DNA of 64,000 bases from Fistulifera solaris (Eukaryota). The translations under genes were made by a program, and so were the position numbers. The notes below the pieces were generated by a model. The model was not told where the DNA came from. It saw only the letters and a program-made list of their open reading frames with translations, and did no database searches. Position 1 is the stretch's first letter. Every line of letters starts with the position of its first letter. Below are positions 37,747 through 49,694 of the stretch, one piece after another. The stretch is from contig AP026131.1 in NCBI GenBank assembly GCA_030295235.1, positions 434,001 through 498,000 of the forward strand, read 5' to 3'.

Positions 37747-38112
37747 ATGCTCGCTCGAATTTCCCGGCTGGTGTTTATGGTACGCGGGTCGGAAGGAATT
37801 ACATCCGCCGTTGACTTTTATCACAAGGCCGTAGGATTGAATGTTCTCCGCATGACCGATGAGTGGGCCGAACTTTCCGCAGGCAATGGTGTCATTTTGA
37901 GTTTCAAAGCGGTATCCGATGAATCTCAATTGAGCTTTGGCTACTCGCCGTGGATTACATTCGAAGTCGACAATTTGCCTCAGCGTATTGCGGCTTGTGC
38001 TCAAGCCGGTGCGCATTTGGATGGCCCGATTCAGTACCCCGCACATGGATCGGTGGCCGTCATGCGCACTCCCGACAATCATATGATCGGTTTATATCAA
38101 CCATTGAAATAG
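37747..38112 (+). CDS. VOC/glyoxalase superfamily protein
   Basis: AVDFYHKAVGL...ITFEVDNL...TPDNHMIGL. Confidence 0.85.
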   Translation: MLARISRLVFMVRGSEGITSAVDFYHKAVGLNVLRMTDEWAELSAGNGVILSFKAVSDESQLSFGYSPWITFEVDNLPQRIAACAQAGAHLDGPIQYPAHGSVAVMRTPDNHMIGLYQPLK

Positions 38113-38320
38113 GTCAGACAAGAGGAGTGATACTGCAGTTCTTTTAAATTACGGTCATTCACTCGGGGAATCAAATACTGAAAAGCGAGGTCCGCGTTGC
38201 GTTCTCTCCCACGATAAAATGCATCGCTTCCAGCTAATCACTGCAAATCGAAAGAACGACGGAAGTTTGTTGTGAAATTCAATGAGACAGCATCGATTCA
38301 TGCTTAAGGCTAACAATTTA

Positions 38321-39088
38321 TTATGCAAAGGAGGTCATGTTTCTGTTGATCGGTGGACTAACACAAGATTGTGGAGCAGCCTGATGGGTCTTTCGCCGCA
38401 TAGGATCCACGACATCACAGACCGTTTCCGAGTATATCCAAAAGGCTTCCGCAACGGTGTGTCGGATGGGGGTGAGAGATTGGTATCTCGCTAAAGCGGA
38501 ATAGTCATATCCTCCTCTGGCAATATCTTCGTTCGTCAGGACGAGGTACGTCTTATCGGGGCTGATTCTTTCCCAACGACATCCATGCTGAAGAATATCA
38601 ATGTCAGACACTCGCTGGCCGTACGGTCGACTGAGATCGACATGAAATTGAATGCCCGCCACGCGTGGATACGCCTCGGGAAGTTCGTGAAAATGAAACT
38701 GATCAATGCCATGCTCCAGTGCCTCGACTAGGTTACTGCCGTTCAACTGGAGAATCACCAGTTGTTGATCGAACGGAAACACGCGGCTGAGTTTGTTTCG
38801 TGTCAAGGGCCCCGCTTCCAGGTCGGTGTGGCATAGGCCGGCTTCGAGAAGAACAACATCCATCATTTCATATTCGCCCAACAGTGCCATCGCCACCATG
38901 CTGCACAAATCAGAAGTCCAGGAGGACGTTTGCGGAAGGAACTTGGCAAAATTCGGAATCAATTCGGGCACTTGTGGGTTGCGGCACGGTTTTACCCTAT
39001 TCTGGATTCGTGGATGTTGAATGCATTTTTTGTCGATTCGTGTGGCCACGGCGTAGCCGAGAAGTAGAAAAAGGAAGTGGATTTTCAT
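38321..39088 (-). CDS. Secreted protein with 5'-nucleotidase C-terminal domain only
   Basis: Signal peptide, then GPLTR...VFPFDQQLV...LVEALEHG, VAGIQF and TNEDIARGGYDY. Confidence 0.75.
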   Translation of the reverse strand: MKIHFLFLLLGYAVATRIDKKCIQHPRIQNRVKPCRNPQVPELIPNFAKFLPQTSSWTSDLCSMVAMALLGEYEMMDVVLLEAGLCHTDLEAGPLTRNKLSRVFPFDQQLVILQLNGSNLVEALEHGIDQFHFHELPEAYPRVAGIQFHVDLSRPYGQRVSDIDILQHGCRWERISPDKTYLVLTNEDIARGGYDYSALARYQSLTPIRHTVAEAFWIYSETVCDVVDPMRRKTHQAAPQSCVSPPINRNMTSFA

Positions 39089-39332
39089 TTTATCAATCGT
39101 CTGAAGACTGAAGAGAAGCGTAGCAGGACAGAAGCATTATGGTACGTTTTAGTTTTGGACAAAGGAAGGTGGACATCCAATTTTGTGAGAGTCAACGGTC
39201 CAACGGCGCACCTCGAACAAAATTAGTGCCGCTTGCTTTCGGACAAGCATTTCGGCAACCAATTCAGATTTTGGCGATTCGTACCTAATGTTGTCATAAA
39301 GTAAGCTATTAGTCTATTCTTTAAGTTTGATT

Positions 39333-40127
39333 TTAATTTTTCGATGCAAGCTTTTGTTCGAGAGACGCAATTTTAGCTTCAAGTGCTTCCAGTCGTGGCA
39401 GGAAGGCAGCGACAGCATTCTCGGAGTATTTTCCAAGAACATCGGCTTCGATGTTGACCAAACTGCCAACAGGTTTTCCCGGAACAATAATCTTCTTTTG
39501 CGTGTATTCAATGAGCATGAACGTGAACCAGTTTTCCTCTCGATTGACGTCGACGACTGTCAAACTAGTTCCGTCTATCGCGACAAACCCCTTTGGTACA
39601 ATATACCGAATGATTTCGGGGGACGTTCTAACTTTGATCCACAGGGAATCTTTGTCGGTTCGTTTTTCAATGATCTCGCCCGTCCCATCGACATGGCCTT
39701 GAACGTTATGGCCACTATTGCGACCACCGATCACGCTAGCTCTTTCCAAATTGACAAGTTCACCTGGTTTCAGTGATTTAAAATACGTCTTACTCAAAGT
39801 CTCCGGCGCCAAGCCGACTTTAAATGTATCGTCCGCCAATGCTGTCGCTGTCAAGCAAACTCCCGAAACACAAATACTGCAGCCGAGATAAGCACCTTGC
39901 AAAGCAACATCCGCCTTCACCGTCAATTCAGTTCCTTTTCCCAAAGTACCGTCCCACAGTGTCATGTCCTCTCGCTCTTCCAAAGATACGACAGTCCCCA
40001 TTTCTTCGACAATACCCGTGAACATGTTATGTTTCGTGCGAGTGTGTTGAGAAAATGATGGAGATAGAAAGCCAGTCACAACGGGGATCGTCAGCAGAGC
40101 AAAGATCCATGAAGCTTGACGCCTCAT
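39333..40127 (-). CDS. RIB5: Riboflavin synthase, plastid-targeted
   Basis: MFTGIVEE, SICVSGVCLT, VNLERA, GHVDG and VNIEAD. Presequence VTG-FLSP; the start is probably MRRQASW. Confidence 0.95.
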   Translation of the reverse strand: MRRQASWIFALLTIPVVTGFLSPSFSQHTRTKHNMFTGIVEEMGTVVSLEEREDMTLWDGTLGKGTELTVKADVALQGAYLGCSICVSGVCLTATALADDTFKVGLAPETLSKTYFKSLKPGELVNLERASVIGGRNSGHNVQGHVDGTGEIIEKRTDKDSLWIKVRTSPEIIRYIVPKGFVAIDGTSLTVVDVNREENWFTFMLIEYTQKKIIVPGKPVGSLVNIEADVLGKYSENAVAAFLPRLEALEAKIASLEQKLASKN

Positions 40128-41022
40128 CAATACCTTCGAATTCTTATTCGTCGCCCTCATCGTCTCCAACTGGCGTCTGTTTCTTATGGAATATAATGAC
40201 ACAAGTATAGAAACTATACAACGATCACCATGAAGTAATAATGCAGCGTCATCGCGAGGATGTGATGGAACGTGAACGGGTGGAGTTTTCGAAACCATTC
40301 GTACTCCGCGCGCGTGCTTTTTCGTTATGAAAAGTTTTATGCCGTATCGGAGTGGTACCGTACCGGTACCGAAGCATGGCATGTGCGTGGCAAAAAACTA
40401 AGGTCTGTCATGTGACCGCATTGGATGATGAAACAATGGACATAATTCAAAATAGAAATTGTGCTGCAAAAGCCTTGTTTAACAAACATGATAAAATCAT
40501 CTTTGAGAATGCAATTTTATAATACCGGAAGAAAGTGTTTAAAGACCGGCTCAAACATATTCTAATGTCGCTCTCTTTGTCATGAAATCCAGTCGTGATT
40601 TCCTGGAACCAAAAGTTTCGGCCTATAGTAAAAACGGAAGTGCGCCGTTTTAAGGATTTCGATATAATTTAGCTCTCTCTTTTTTAAAAAAAATCTATTA
40701 TTTTAAAGGCTGGTTCATTTCATGACACTGTTTCGCGAGGGAGCGCAGCTTAACATCATCTCAAACACAAAATAATTTCGTTTTTGTCTCATGGCGGAAA
40801 TCCAGTCGCGATTCGTGATATCCGTAAAACAACACTTTGGCTCATAGTGATATAATACCGTTTTACGAATGTGTCCGTCCTGCGACCGCAAGTTGTTTCA
40901 CTGGGGGAAATACAAAACACAACGATCGTCGCGACGATCATGACGACGATGAGGACCATTGCAACAATTGCCATTAAAACCAATTCTACCAGGTTCTTTT
41001 ATTGAAGTATTATTGCTTCACT

Positions 41023-41424
41023 ATGAAGTTAGTCAAGTTCTTACAAAAGTTAAATCGCGAACAAGTGACGATTGAGCTCAAGAATGGAACCGTAGTACAA
41101 GGGACCGTTGTTGGCGTTGACGCGACCATGAATTGCCATTTGAAGAAAGCTAAAGTCACCGTGTAAGAACCAAATTAACTTCATTTTTGTCACTGATACC
41201 TTCCGTCCTCACCTTTATTCTTTCTTGAAAACAGCCGAGGCAAGAATCCGGTCTCGTACGCCACTTTGTCAGTGCGCGGCTCCACGATGCGTGCTTGGTT
41301 ACTTCCCGATAGCTTAAATTTGGATGCTTTGCTCGTCGATGATACTCCCAAACAACAAGCTCCTCGACCAGCTGCAGGAAATCGTCCTATGCGTGGTCGT
41401 GGAAGAGGACGGGGGCGACGATAA
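41023..41424 (+). CDS. SNRPD1: Small nuclear ribonucleoprotein Sm D1
   Basis: [23 protein letters not shown]...MNCHL, intron 41163-41234, then LSVRGS...[11 protein letters not shown] and an RG tail. Absent from the ORF track. Confidence 0.93.
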
Positions 41425-41760
41425 ATGCAGCATAACATGCGGTTTTCCAGTAAAACGGTACTCTCCATCGGAAACCGAATCGTGCGCGCACCTTTAGTTG
41501 AAATACTTCAAGCGAAAGGACGGAACAAGAACCGTGGTAGAGAAGAACGAAGAACGATTGAATCTTCTTGTACGGACACGCTGCGAAAAGAGGGGGCACA
41601 CATATTTTTGTTCTCACTATAAAATAGCAAACGACAATCAAACACAAGAACGAATCTTCATTCATTTTGTGATTTTGGCGCTTTTCATGTTCGTGTCGTC
41701 TTCGTTTGCTTACATTTAAACTAGTCCTTGTGTTGCACATTCTTGTGATCGTGGGAAAGC

Positions 41761-42216
41761 ATGAGTCGTCCTCAATGGAAGCGCTTCTGGGTAAACTTTG
41801 TGAATACGGGTAGCTTGTGTACAAGCCGTCGAGAGCATGAGGACGGTAAACCAAAAACGTCGAAATGCACTACTTGCAACTGTCAACGTACTCTCATCCC
41901 CAAGAAGATTCGTGTAAGAAAAGATCCTATTTATAATCAGTTTCAAAGCCACAACTACTGCAGTGATAATGAGCTCGAGAGCCTCGTCGGTTTGACGCTC
42001 TTGGAGGATACCTGTTCCGCCGATGATGATGGAAATGACATTGCTTCTACCTGTTCATCGCTTCAATACTCAGATCTCGGCGACGATACTCTCAAGGATC
42101 TTGCATGTTTCGGAAACGAGGCGTTTGCGAAAGCGGATAACAAGAAGAATCTAAGTTGCCAAAACGCTTTGATTGCTCAAACGAACACGGTAGCATCAAC
42201 AAGAATCACAATTTGA
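41761..42216 (+). CDS. Hypothetical protein
   Basis: 151-aa ATG ORF with an acidic middle region; no recognised domain. Confidence 0.4.
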   Translation: MSRPQWKRFWVNFVNTGSLCTSRREHEDGKPKTSKCTTCNCQRTLIPKKIRVRKDPIYNQFQSHNYCSDNELESLVGLTLLEDTCSADDDGNDIASTCSSLQYSDLGDDTLKDLACFGNEAFAKADNKKNLSCQNALIAQTNTVASTRITI

Positions 42217-42362
42217 TACTTCCATTAGTGTTGAATCAGCGTTTTCATTCCGGGGTTCATTGTTGGCGGAAAAGAGCTGTGCTGATAAGAAGAGTTACTA
42301 TTATTTATCTTTAACGTAACCCAATTCACAATAATATAAGGAACGATGTCACACTCGTTCGC

Positions 42363-43155
42363 TCATGACCAGAAAGGATCATCCTCAGGTGCCGGTTCCA
42401 TCTTTGCATCATCTCTTCTCCCTACAACCTGGTTTGGTATTAGTAAATAGTCAATATTCGTCGCAACCCCTCCTTTCTCCTTCCACTGTCCTTCGACGTT
42501 GTAGTAAAGACGACTCTTTGGAGTCATGATGTGAACCATCACACTTCCATAGTCCAATAATATCCATCCGCTTTCTGCGCTACCTTCTGGCACTCCATTA
42601 CCACCCGGTCTCTGACCTAACTCGTCTTGTACATCTCTAGTGATCGCTGCCGCAATGGCTTGATTTTGTGGACGTGAATTTCCCGACACAATTACCAATA
42701 CCGAAGTCAAGGTAGAAACGTGATTTACTTGCAACGCCACAATATCCTCTGCTTTTCGTCCATCTGCCGCTTTCACAATACATTCCAACAAAGGTAATAG
42801 GGTTTCGTCGGTGTTAATAGAATACTTGTCATCACCGACTGTACTGCTCATGGGTTCTTGAATAAAATCAATCATTTCTCGCTTGTCGTGTTTTTGTTGA
42901 AGTTGACTGCAATTCGCTATTGCCATCGTCGACTTTTCCGTAACGAGGATAATTATGGGAACGGTGACCGTTGCGAGAAGAAGAAGGTACTCTGATAAAT
43001 GATGAGGAACAATTCAACAACGTGGAAAAACGAAAAATCAGAGCACTTGCGTTTCTTACCTCCCAGTCAGACGGTCTGCTAGAGACCAAGCCTCTACTTC
43101 ATCAGAAGCGTATAGGAAGACTAGTTGAAGCAAAACAGAGTATCTCATATTTCAT
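42363..43155 (-). CDS. rsfS: Ribosomal silencing factor RsfS/Iojap, probably plastid-targeted
   Basis: KAEDIVAL, IVSGNSRPQ and GWILLDYGSVMVHIM...YYNVEGQW. The N-terminus is frameshifted and approximate. Confidence 0.88.
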
Positions 43156-45060
43156 AGACCGTTCTTAGAAAATAAAGAACATGGTGAATATTGATGATGT
43201 GTTCGTTGTTGCGATGCGATGGTTTTTGCGACGCGCTGGACTGTTGGCTGCGGCGCCTTTGAGAGGCGGAAAAGTGATTGCGTCTTATGGGCAGGCGGCT
43301 CTGCTAAAAATGGGCGACGCGAAAATACAGTACATTTTTCTACGTACGTCTACGTCCGTGATAGCCCGTGTTAATCACATGTTTTCCGGGTGATTTTTAC
43401 GTTTCTCTCGTTGAAATGACATGTTTTCGCTCACAAAATAACGATGAATTGCAACCATTAAACTACGGGTATTAATTAATAACATAACAGATTCTTTTAC
43501 CTAGATGACTTTATCAAACATAAAATTGGCTTGAAAGCTCCATGGAAGCCATGCATCATCAAGCTCTGCCATGGAACCGTTATTGGTAAGCCACCTTTTA
43601 AGCAAGCCCGATCGCTTGCAAACATTCACCGCTCTTTCGCTACCCCTCTATCCGTTGCTATGGCCGCTGAAGAGATGATTTAATTTGTAGTGAATTGCTG
43701 ATCACTCTTCGCAAAAGAAGGTTGCAAGATGTACCGGTCACCCATCCTCCACGCACCGATGTTGCAAGGGAATGATTTGTCTAGGATGTTCGTAAAAGAC
43801 CGTCTATGGTCGAATCCCATGCCGCCAAATCCTTCTGCATTTCTGAAAATTCCACTACCGATAAGGTATACCGAGTCTGAAACTGCCCCAGTCCACAAGT
43901 TCCACGCTCCCAGCCATACATACAGCTGTAAGAACTCCTCTTTTCGACGTTCCCACCGTAAATAGCTACTTTACGTTTGCCGATTCAAGGACGCATCACT
44001 CGGCATTAGTAGATTGTTGTTTGTATCATTCCAAAACACCACACGCCAGGATAACTATCGTTTCACTTTTCGTCTCGCAACAACATATCTTCCTCGTGCG
44101 TAGCAAAGAATGGCCATCGTTTTCTTGCCTGCAACACTTATTGTCGCTTGATTTTAACAATCCGTCGCGCTGTTTTGGCATTAGTATTGTATTTGACTGC
44201 ACAGTCGGCGAATTTTGTCACAGATCTTCCCCAGATCCATTCGAAGTACAGATACGGCTCCTTCAGCCATGTCACAGTTGATACTCGTTTCGTCGTTTCC
44301 AATGTCTCCATCGCAAACCACCATTATGAAACGCAGAAGCGCAAGCATATCTGTAAAACCTGTTTCGAGCTGTCTTTGACCGCTGGTGTACTCATGTTAA
44401 TTGTCGGATCATAGTACCACGGTAACTTTGTCGTCGGCTTGCTTTTTTCGTGTCGGCTATGATTTTTTGCCCGTGGAACTGCCGGCGGATATTTTGCTCT
44501 CTTCAAGCTCGTGCACGGCCACCGGTCTTCAAATGAGCGCACAAATATGCGAAGATGCTGGCGTTTACGTCAATTGTTGGCTTCCCGACGCATTTCCGTT
44601 CTCGATGAAACGAACGTACCCTTGCAACATCACAGCTAGTCAAGTTGGCCTCCGAGCCGATGGTAACAATCTTTTTTGGCCCGGCCAACTATCTGGTCGC
44701 GGCCCATGATAGTCAAGAGAGAATATACTCAAGAAAGACTTAGTGTATTGATGATGTTTAGAATGAAAGACGACAGTGGTAAGCCGATGAAACAATGCAC
44801 AATGCCGTCATGGCCAAGCTTCGAGGAAAAAAAACCGTTGCAAGTTTGAATTACACTGTCCACAATAAAGTAGCTAAATTTATTTACTACGAGGCTATCG
44901 CGAGCGTAAAAAACCTACGAGGCCGCTACGTGTCGCCCAGAATTTGCTCGTGCCGCCTGCCCATTGGTTTTTTTTTTTATAAAAAAAATTACTTAGTAAA
45001 AAAAAAATAAAACAAAGAGGTCATGTACTAGAGTCTACGTAGTCTAGTTTTCGCAAAACA

Positions 45061-45850
45061 TTGAATTTCCAGTATGAAAGGGAGTGTTGGTTTACACGAG
45101 CCAAGACTGGATTGTACAGTAGTCATGAACCCAACAACAAAGGTTTCCGTTTTGCGTTTTCCGTCTCTCGCATCCGTCCATTGCCATTCAACGGCTAATA
45201 TAACTCTGAATACGGGTAAGTAAAGTCGCAACAATCATGATTCTGAACTACTTCTTAAGAGTTTTTTGTCGAAAATATCCGAGGATCGACGCCTTGAATT
45301 TTCACTATAAAACAAAGTGTTAGTTTACGCCAGCCAAGACTCGATTGTACGGTAGTCATGAACCGAACAACAAAGGGTTTCGTTTTTGCGTCTCTCGCAT
45401 CCGTCATTGTCATTCAACTGCAAATATAAATATGATGGTAAATAAGGTCGCAACAATGATAATTCTGACCTACTTGTTAAGAATTTCTTTTATGTTCACG
45501 TCGAAAAAATCCGAGGATCGACACCTTGAATTTTCACTATGAAACGGAGTGTTGGTTTACGCCAGCCAAGACTGGATTGTACAGTAGTCATGAGTCGTCA
45601 TGAACCGAACAACAAAGGGTTCCGTTTTTGCGTCTCTCGCATCCGTCATTGTCATTCAACTGCAAATATAATTATGATGGTAAATAAGGTCGCAACAATC
45701 ATGATTCTGACCTACTTGTTAAGAGTTTCTTTATGTTCACGTCGAAAAAATCCGAGGATCGACACCTTGAATTTTCACTATCAAGCGGAGTGTTGGTTTA
45801 CGCCACCCAAGACTGGATTGTGCAGTAGTCATGAACCCAACAACAAAGGT
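45061..45850. repeat. Tandem array, ~233-bp unit, 3.3 copies
   Basis: Unit anchors at 45074, 45307, 45539 and 45780 (AGTGTT(G/A)GTTTAC...CCAAGACT...AGTCATGAACC.AACAACAAAGG). Confidence 0.92.
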
Positions 45851-47395
45851 ATAGGGTCAAGAGATACATTTGAAATAGAAATGATCACGCCTTTAATGTA
45901 TGTGTGTTATAAGAAATGTATTTCATCAAAAGTAGCTATGTCGTCGCTGTTTGCGATGCCTGATTGAGCTGCAGGTTGTGGCTTCGTCGTCAAGACAAAG
46001 GATGACGAACGCCGCCTCTCCCCCTTGACTCTTTTCGGCATTATCTTTTGTCAGTTTGAACGGCGCTAAACTGACTATCTTTTCCCTTAGTAATTTATCT
46101 TCTTGGTCGGATCCTGGGAACTTTATTGCTGGCTCTGCCCTGTTGTTTCCGGAAATAAACGATTGCTCGGGAGACTTTCTTGTCAAGAGGTTTTCATTGG
46201 CGGGGGCGCCTCTGTTACCAGTTCTTGTTTCCCCCTTGGCTTGATTCGTCTTTTCCTGCTTCAATTGTTTTTTATTAAGGCAGGCTGCGCTAGCGTTGAG
46301 CTCCTTCGAATACAGGTTGACTGTCAATGCATCATATGGATGGACGTTCGTTCTCGTGCCGCGCTGTATGCCCTGTTGTTGATTACGAGGACGGACAATA
46401 ACTGGATGAGGGGAAGAAAGCTAATGTAGAGGTCAGTTGCATAAGCGAGTGGACAAGACACAGAAACAGAACGACGTACTCTACCAATCTTCTTTCGCGT
46501 CGCCGCCAATTTGTCCACGCCGATGCTCGTATTCTGCATGAGATACTTGTTCTCTAGAAATGTGTTTCGAGCGGTCATGTTTCATGTTAATCGATAAGAA
46601 TAGATGCTTCATTATGAATGGGAGATTTTGTCGCTCTTTGAGATTGAAGAACAATCGTCGTTGCCTTGTGTCGAGAATGAATGAATCAAATTCAACAAAA
46701 ATATCACGAAACGAAAAAAAGTGTCACGAAAAAGGAACTCCCCACCGTCGACCGTCCATCTATCCTATGGAATGTTGCAAGAAGCTCAACGATCACCATT
46801 CAAGCCTGGTTTGCTTTATTGTTTTTGTGAAGGATCGCTTTATATCTGTTAGCTCGTATGTCATTAGTCTAGATCAATTATTTTGGTTTATCATTTCTCT
46901 CGTCGACCTAGCTAAAAAGGATGACCGTATCTATTGGTTCGTGTTTCAAGTCACGATATCATTCAGTCACGAAAGAAAAACGAGACTCCGACTATACAGT
47001 GAAGAGTGGGAATAAGTCGTGGGTCTTTCGGCTACTGAGTACAATTGGCTCGTAGGCGGAACTTCCACTTACACATCCAAGACTCAGCGGATCCGTTGAG
47101 ACCGAGTGACGAGCGACGCCGCACTTTGTCTCGGAAGGGGCGCATTCTGCGCGCATAAAGCTTCGTATTCGCTCCAACAAGTTAACACGCCTCCAAAGAT
47201 TGTGTGTTGCAAGTAACAAGTCCGTCATTATTTTGTGGTTTGCGACAAAACATTCACTCAAACATATTTTCATCATTAATTCATTGAAGTGTAATCCGGC
47301 GACAGAAGTATACAACCCCTTATCAATATTACGAAACGTTAAACCGATTTGAAGCTATATTGCATTCGAACGTGGAAACAATCGTGCGAACAACC

Positions 47396-49629
47396 ATGTC
47401 GTACACCCCTCCACAGCGTCCATTGCATGAGCGTCATGTTTCAACGCCGGCTTCACTGTCGGCAATGGGATTAAGTTCGTTGAGTCTATCGCCCAAGAAT
47501 AGCCCCGACCGACACGCGGGGCGAAATCAGCGCAGTACCAGTTTATCCGCAAACAGCAGAAAGGACCTTCCTCCGATCTTTTGGTACATGGAAGCAGGAG
47601 AATGGGAAAAAGCTTCGGCGCGGGCAAGGCGGCATCCTCGCGATGCGAAAACATGGGCAACTCTCAAGACCAAGGATTCACTCGGCAGTCCTCCTTCGAC
47701 GTCGAGTTTCGGAACCAAGCGATTGGCGTTACATCATGCGTGCTTCAAGCTTCGAAGTGCTGGTTCGGTGCCTCCTCCGACCTCGTTGCCGCCGTTGCAA
47801 CGATCGTCTCTGTACAATCAGGAAGAAAGTGCGAGAGGTCCGATGACGTTTGAGGAAATAGACCCATTTATACAAATTTGCAACTTCATTTTGCTGCTCA
47901 TTCAACTGTATCCGGATTCAGCGGGAGTTCGAGAATCGAGGCATGGTTGTTTGCCTTTGCATTTGGCCGCGTTTGCGTCCTGTGCGAGTCGGGTAACACG
48001 ACAACACTCGATTGAGGACGGTTTGTCGTCTCGGCGGGGCCGGCTCGTCCATCCAATATTTCGAAACGTTCTACATCCGATACGACAACAGCGACGCTCA
48101 TGTCGGCCATGCATGCGGAAGAAGGCTTGAATTGTCAACATTTCGCGAGCCGTACTTCCGTTTCCGCCAGTAGCGACAATTTACACATCAATGCTCGACG
48201 TGAAATGATGGCTGTCAAGGTTATCAATGCTCTGTTGGATGCTTATCCCAAGGCAATTCGAGTAGATTCGGAAGGAGGTCGTTTGCCTCTGCATACCGCG
48301 TGTGCTGGTCGTGCGACACCACGGGTTATTTCTACGCTGTTAGCGGCCTATCCATCGGCGGCGAGGCATCGTAACAAAGATGGATTCTTGCCTCTGCATT
48401 TGTCGGCACACTGGGGTGTCTCGCATCCGAATGTTGCCATTAACTTGCTCAAGGCCTATCCGGATGCAACTGTGGGTCGTAATCGTTGGGAGAGGACACC
48501 GCTCGAGGAAGCCTTGTGTATGGCGGGAGAAAATGGAAGACCGCATCAAGCGGCGCTGGTTCGAGCTTTGAGGAAACACCCTTCTTTTTGGACACGAAGT
48601 GATTGTATGACTGCATTCTTTCCACGAGCCCAAGCCAAAGTCAGCGTGGTTGTTGATGTAGATGAGTCGCTCCCGAGTACGGAAGAAGATGAAGTACATA
48701 TGCTGCCGAAGGACAGAGAATTACTGGAAGACTGGTACGTGAAATAGCAACAGGTGTCCATGTATCCCCAATTTTTACTCTAACGTCTTTTCACAGCTAC
48801 GATGATGAAGAATTTGGTCAGGAGGTGGCGTTTGTGTCGAAAGACAAAGCCTCGAAAGCCGAAGATGTCGACTTGACTTTGCCTTTAGAAACGCTGATAC
48901 AGAATCGAAAGTGGGAAGCGGTTTTACAGAAAATTCAGGTTGACCCGCTTGAGGCTGAAAAGGAGTTAAAGGTCATGACACGAGGTGGATTCAAATCGAA
49001 CACCGGTTTTTTCCCTTTGCACTATGCTTGCGAACGAAATCCACCCGCCGCAGTATGCCAGGCTCTAGTTGAAGCTTGTCCTATGGCGGTCTTGACACGT
49101 TGCATGCCAGGGGGCTGTCTACCGCTGCATATTGCATGTACATGGTATTGTTCGGCGTCGGTTGTTAAAGTGCTGTTGTCAGCCGACCAGGGCGGAGCTG
49201 TAGTGAAAGATGAGCTCGGCAATATGGCAATACACTCGGCCTGTTTTTCCGGTGCGGATGTGGCTGTCATCGAAGAACTGATATTGATGGATCCAAAAAG
49301 CGTCCTCGCTCGTAATCATCAGGGAAGTAGACCTATTGATATCTGCAAGAGACTGCGTCACGATAATCGTGAAGCTGTTTGTCAGATTCTCGCTATCAAA
49401 CAGGAGGCTCTCGTGCGACATAAGAAATCAATGTCCTCCTCTTCAGGAACGTGGTCTGCGGTCGCCGATGAAGCTCATGAATGGATAAAAGGGTACGTCT
49501 TAAGCATGGAACAACTTTCAAACTGCAAAATCGTCTCACTTGTTTTTAAGAGCTGCGAGCGCGGACAGATTTGACGAACGTGTAGAAATTTGCAATGAAG
49601 ATGAGAAAGAAGAACTTCTCTGGATATAG
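47396..49629 (+). CDS. Diatom ankyrin-like helical repeat protein (multi-exon)
   Basis: Repeated LPLH/LALH-x-AC motifs. There is a frameshift at ~48040-48100, introns at ~48734-48797 and ~49493-49550, and a TAG stop at 49629. Confidence 0.8.
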
Positions 49630-49694
49630 ACACTGTTGCTGAGCAGAAAACGATTCTTAGATAGAAGGAACTTGTTCGAGTTATGAATTAGAAG

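Noticed and set aside
40583..40815. GAAATCCAGTCG(T/C)GATT repeated twice between RIB5 and SmD1
   Set aside because: It resembles only the right arm of the dispersed element and is too short to count as a copy.
45345..45967. ORFs 45345-45542 and 45539-45967
   Set aside because: Translations of the tandem array; the frame is not preserved between units.
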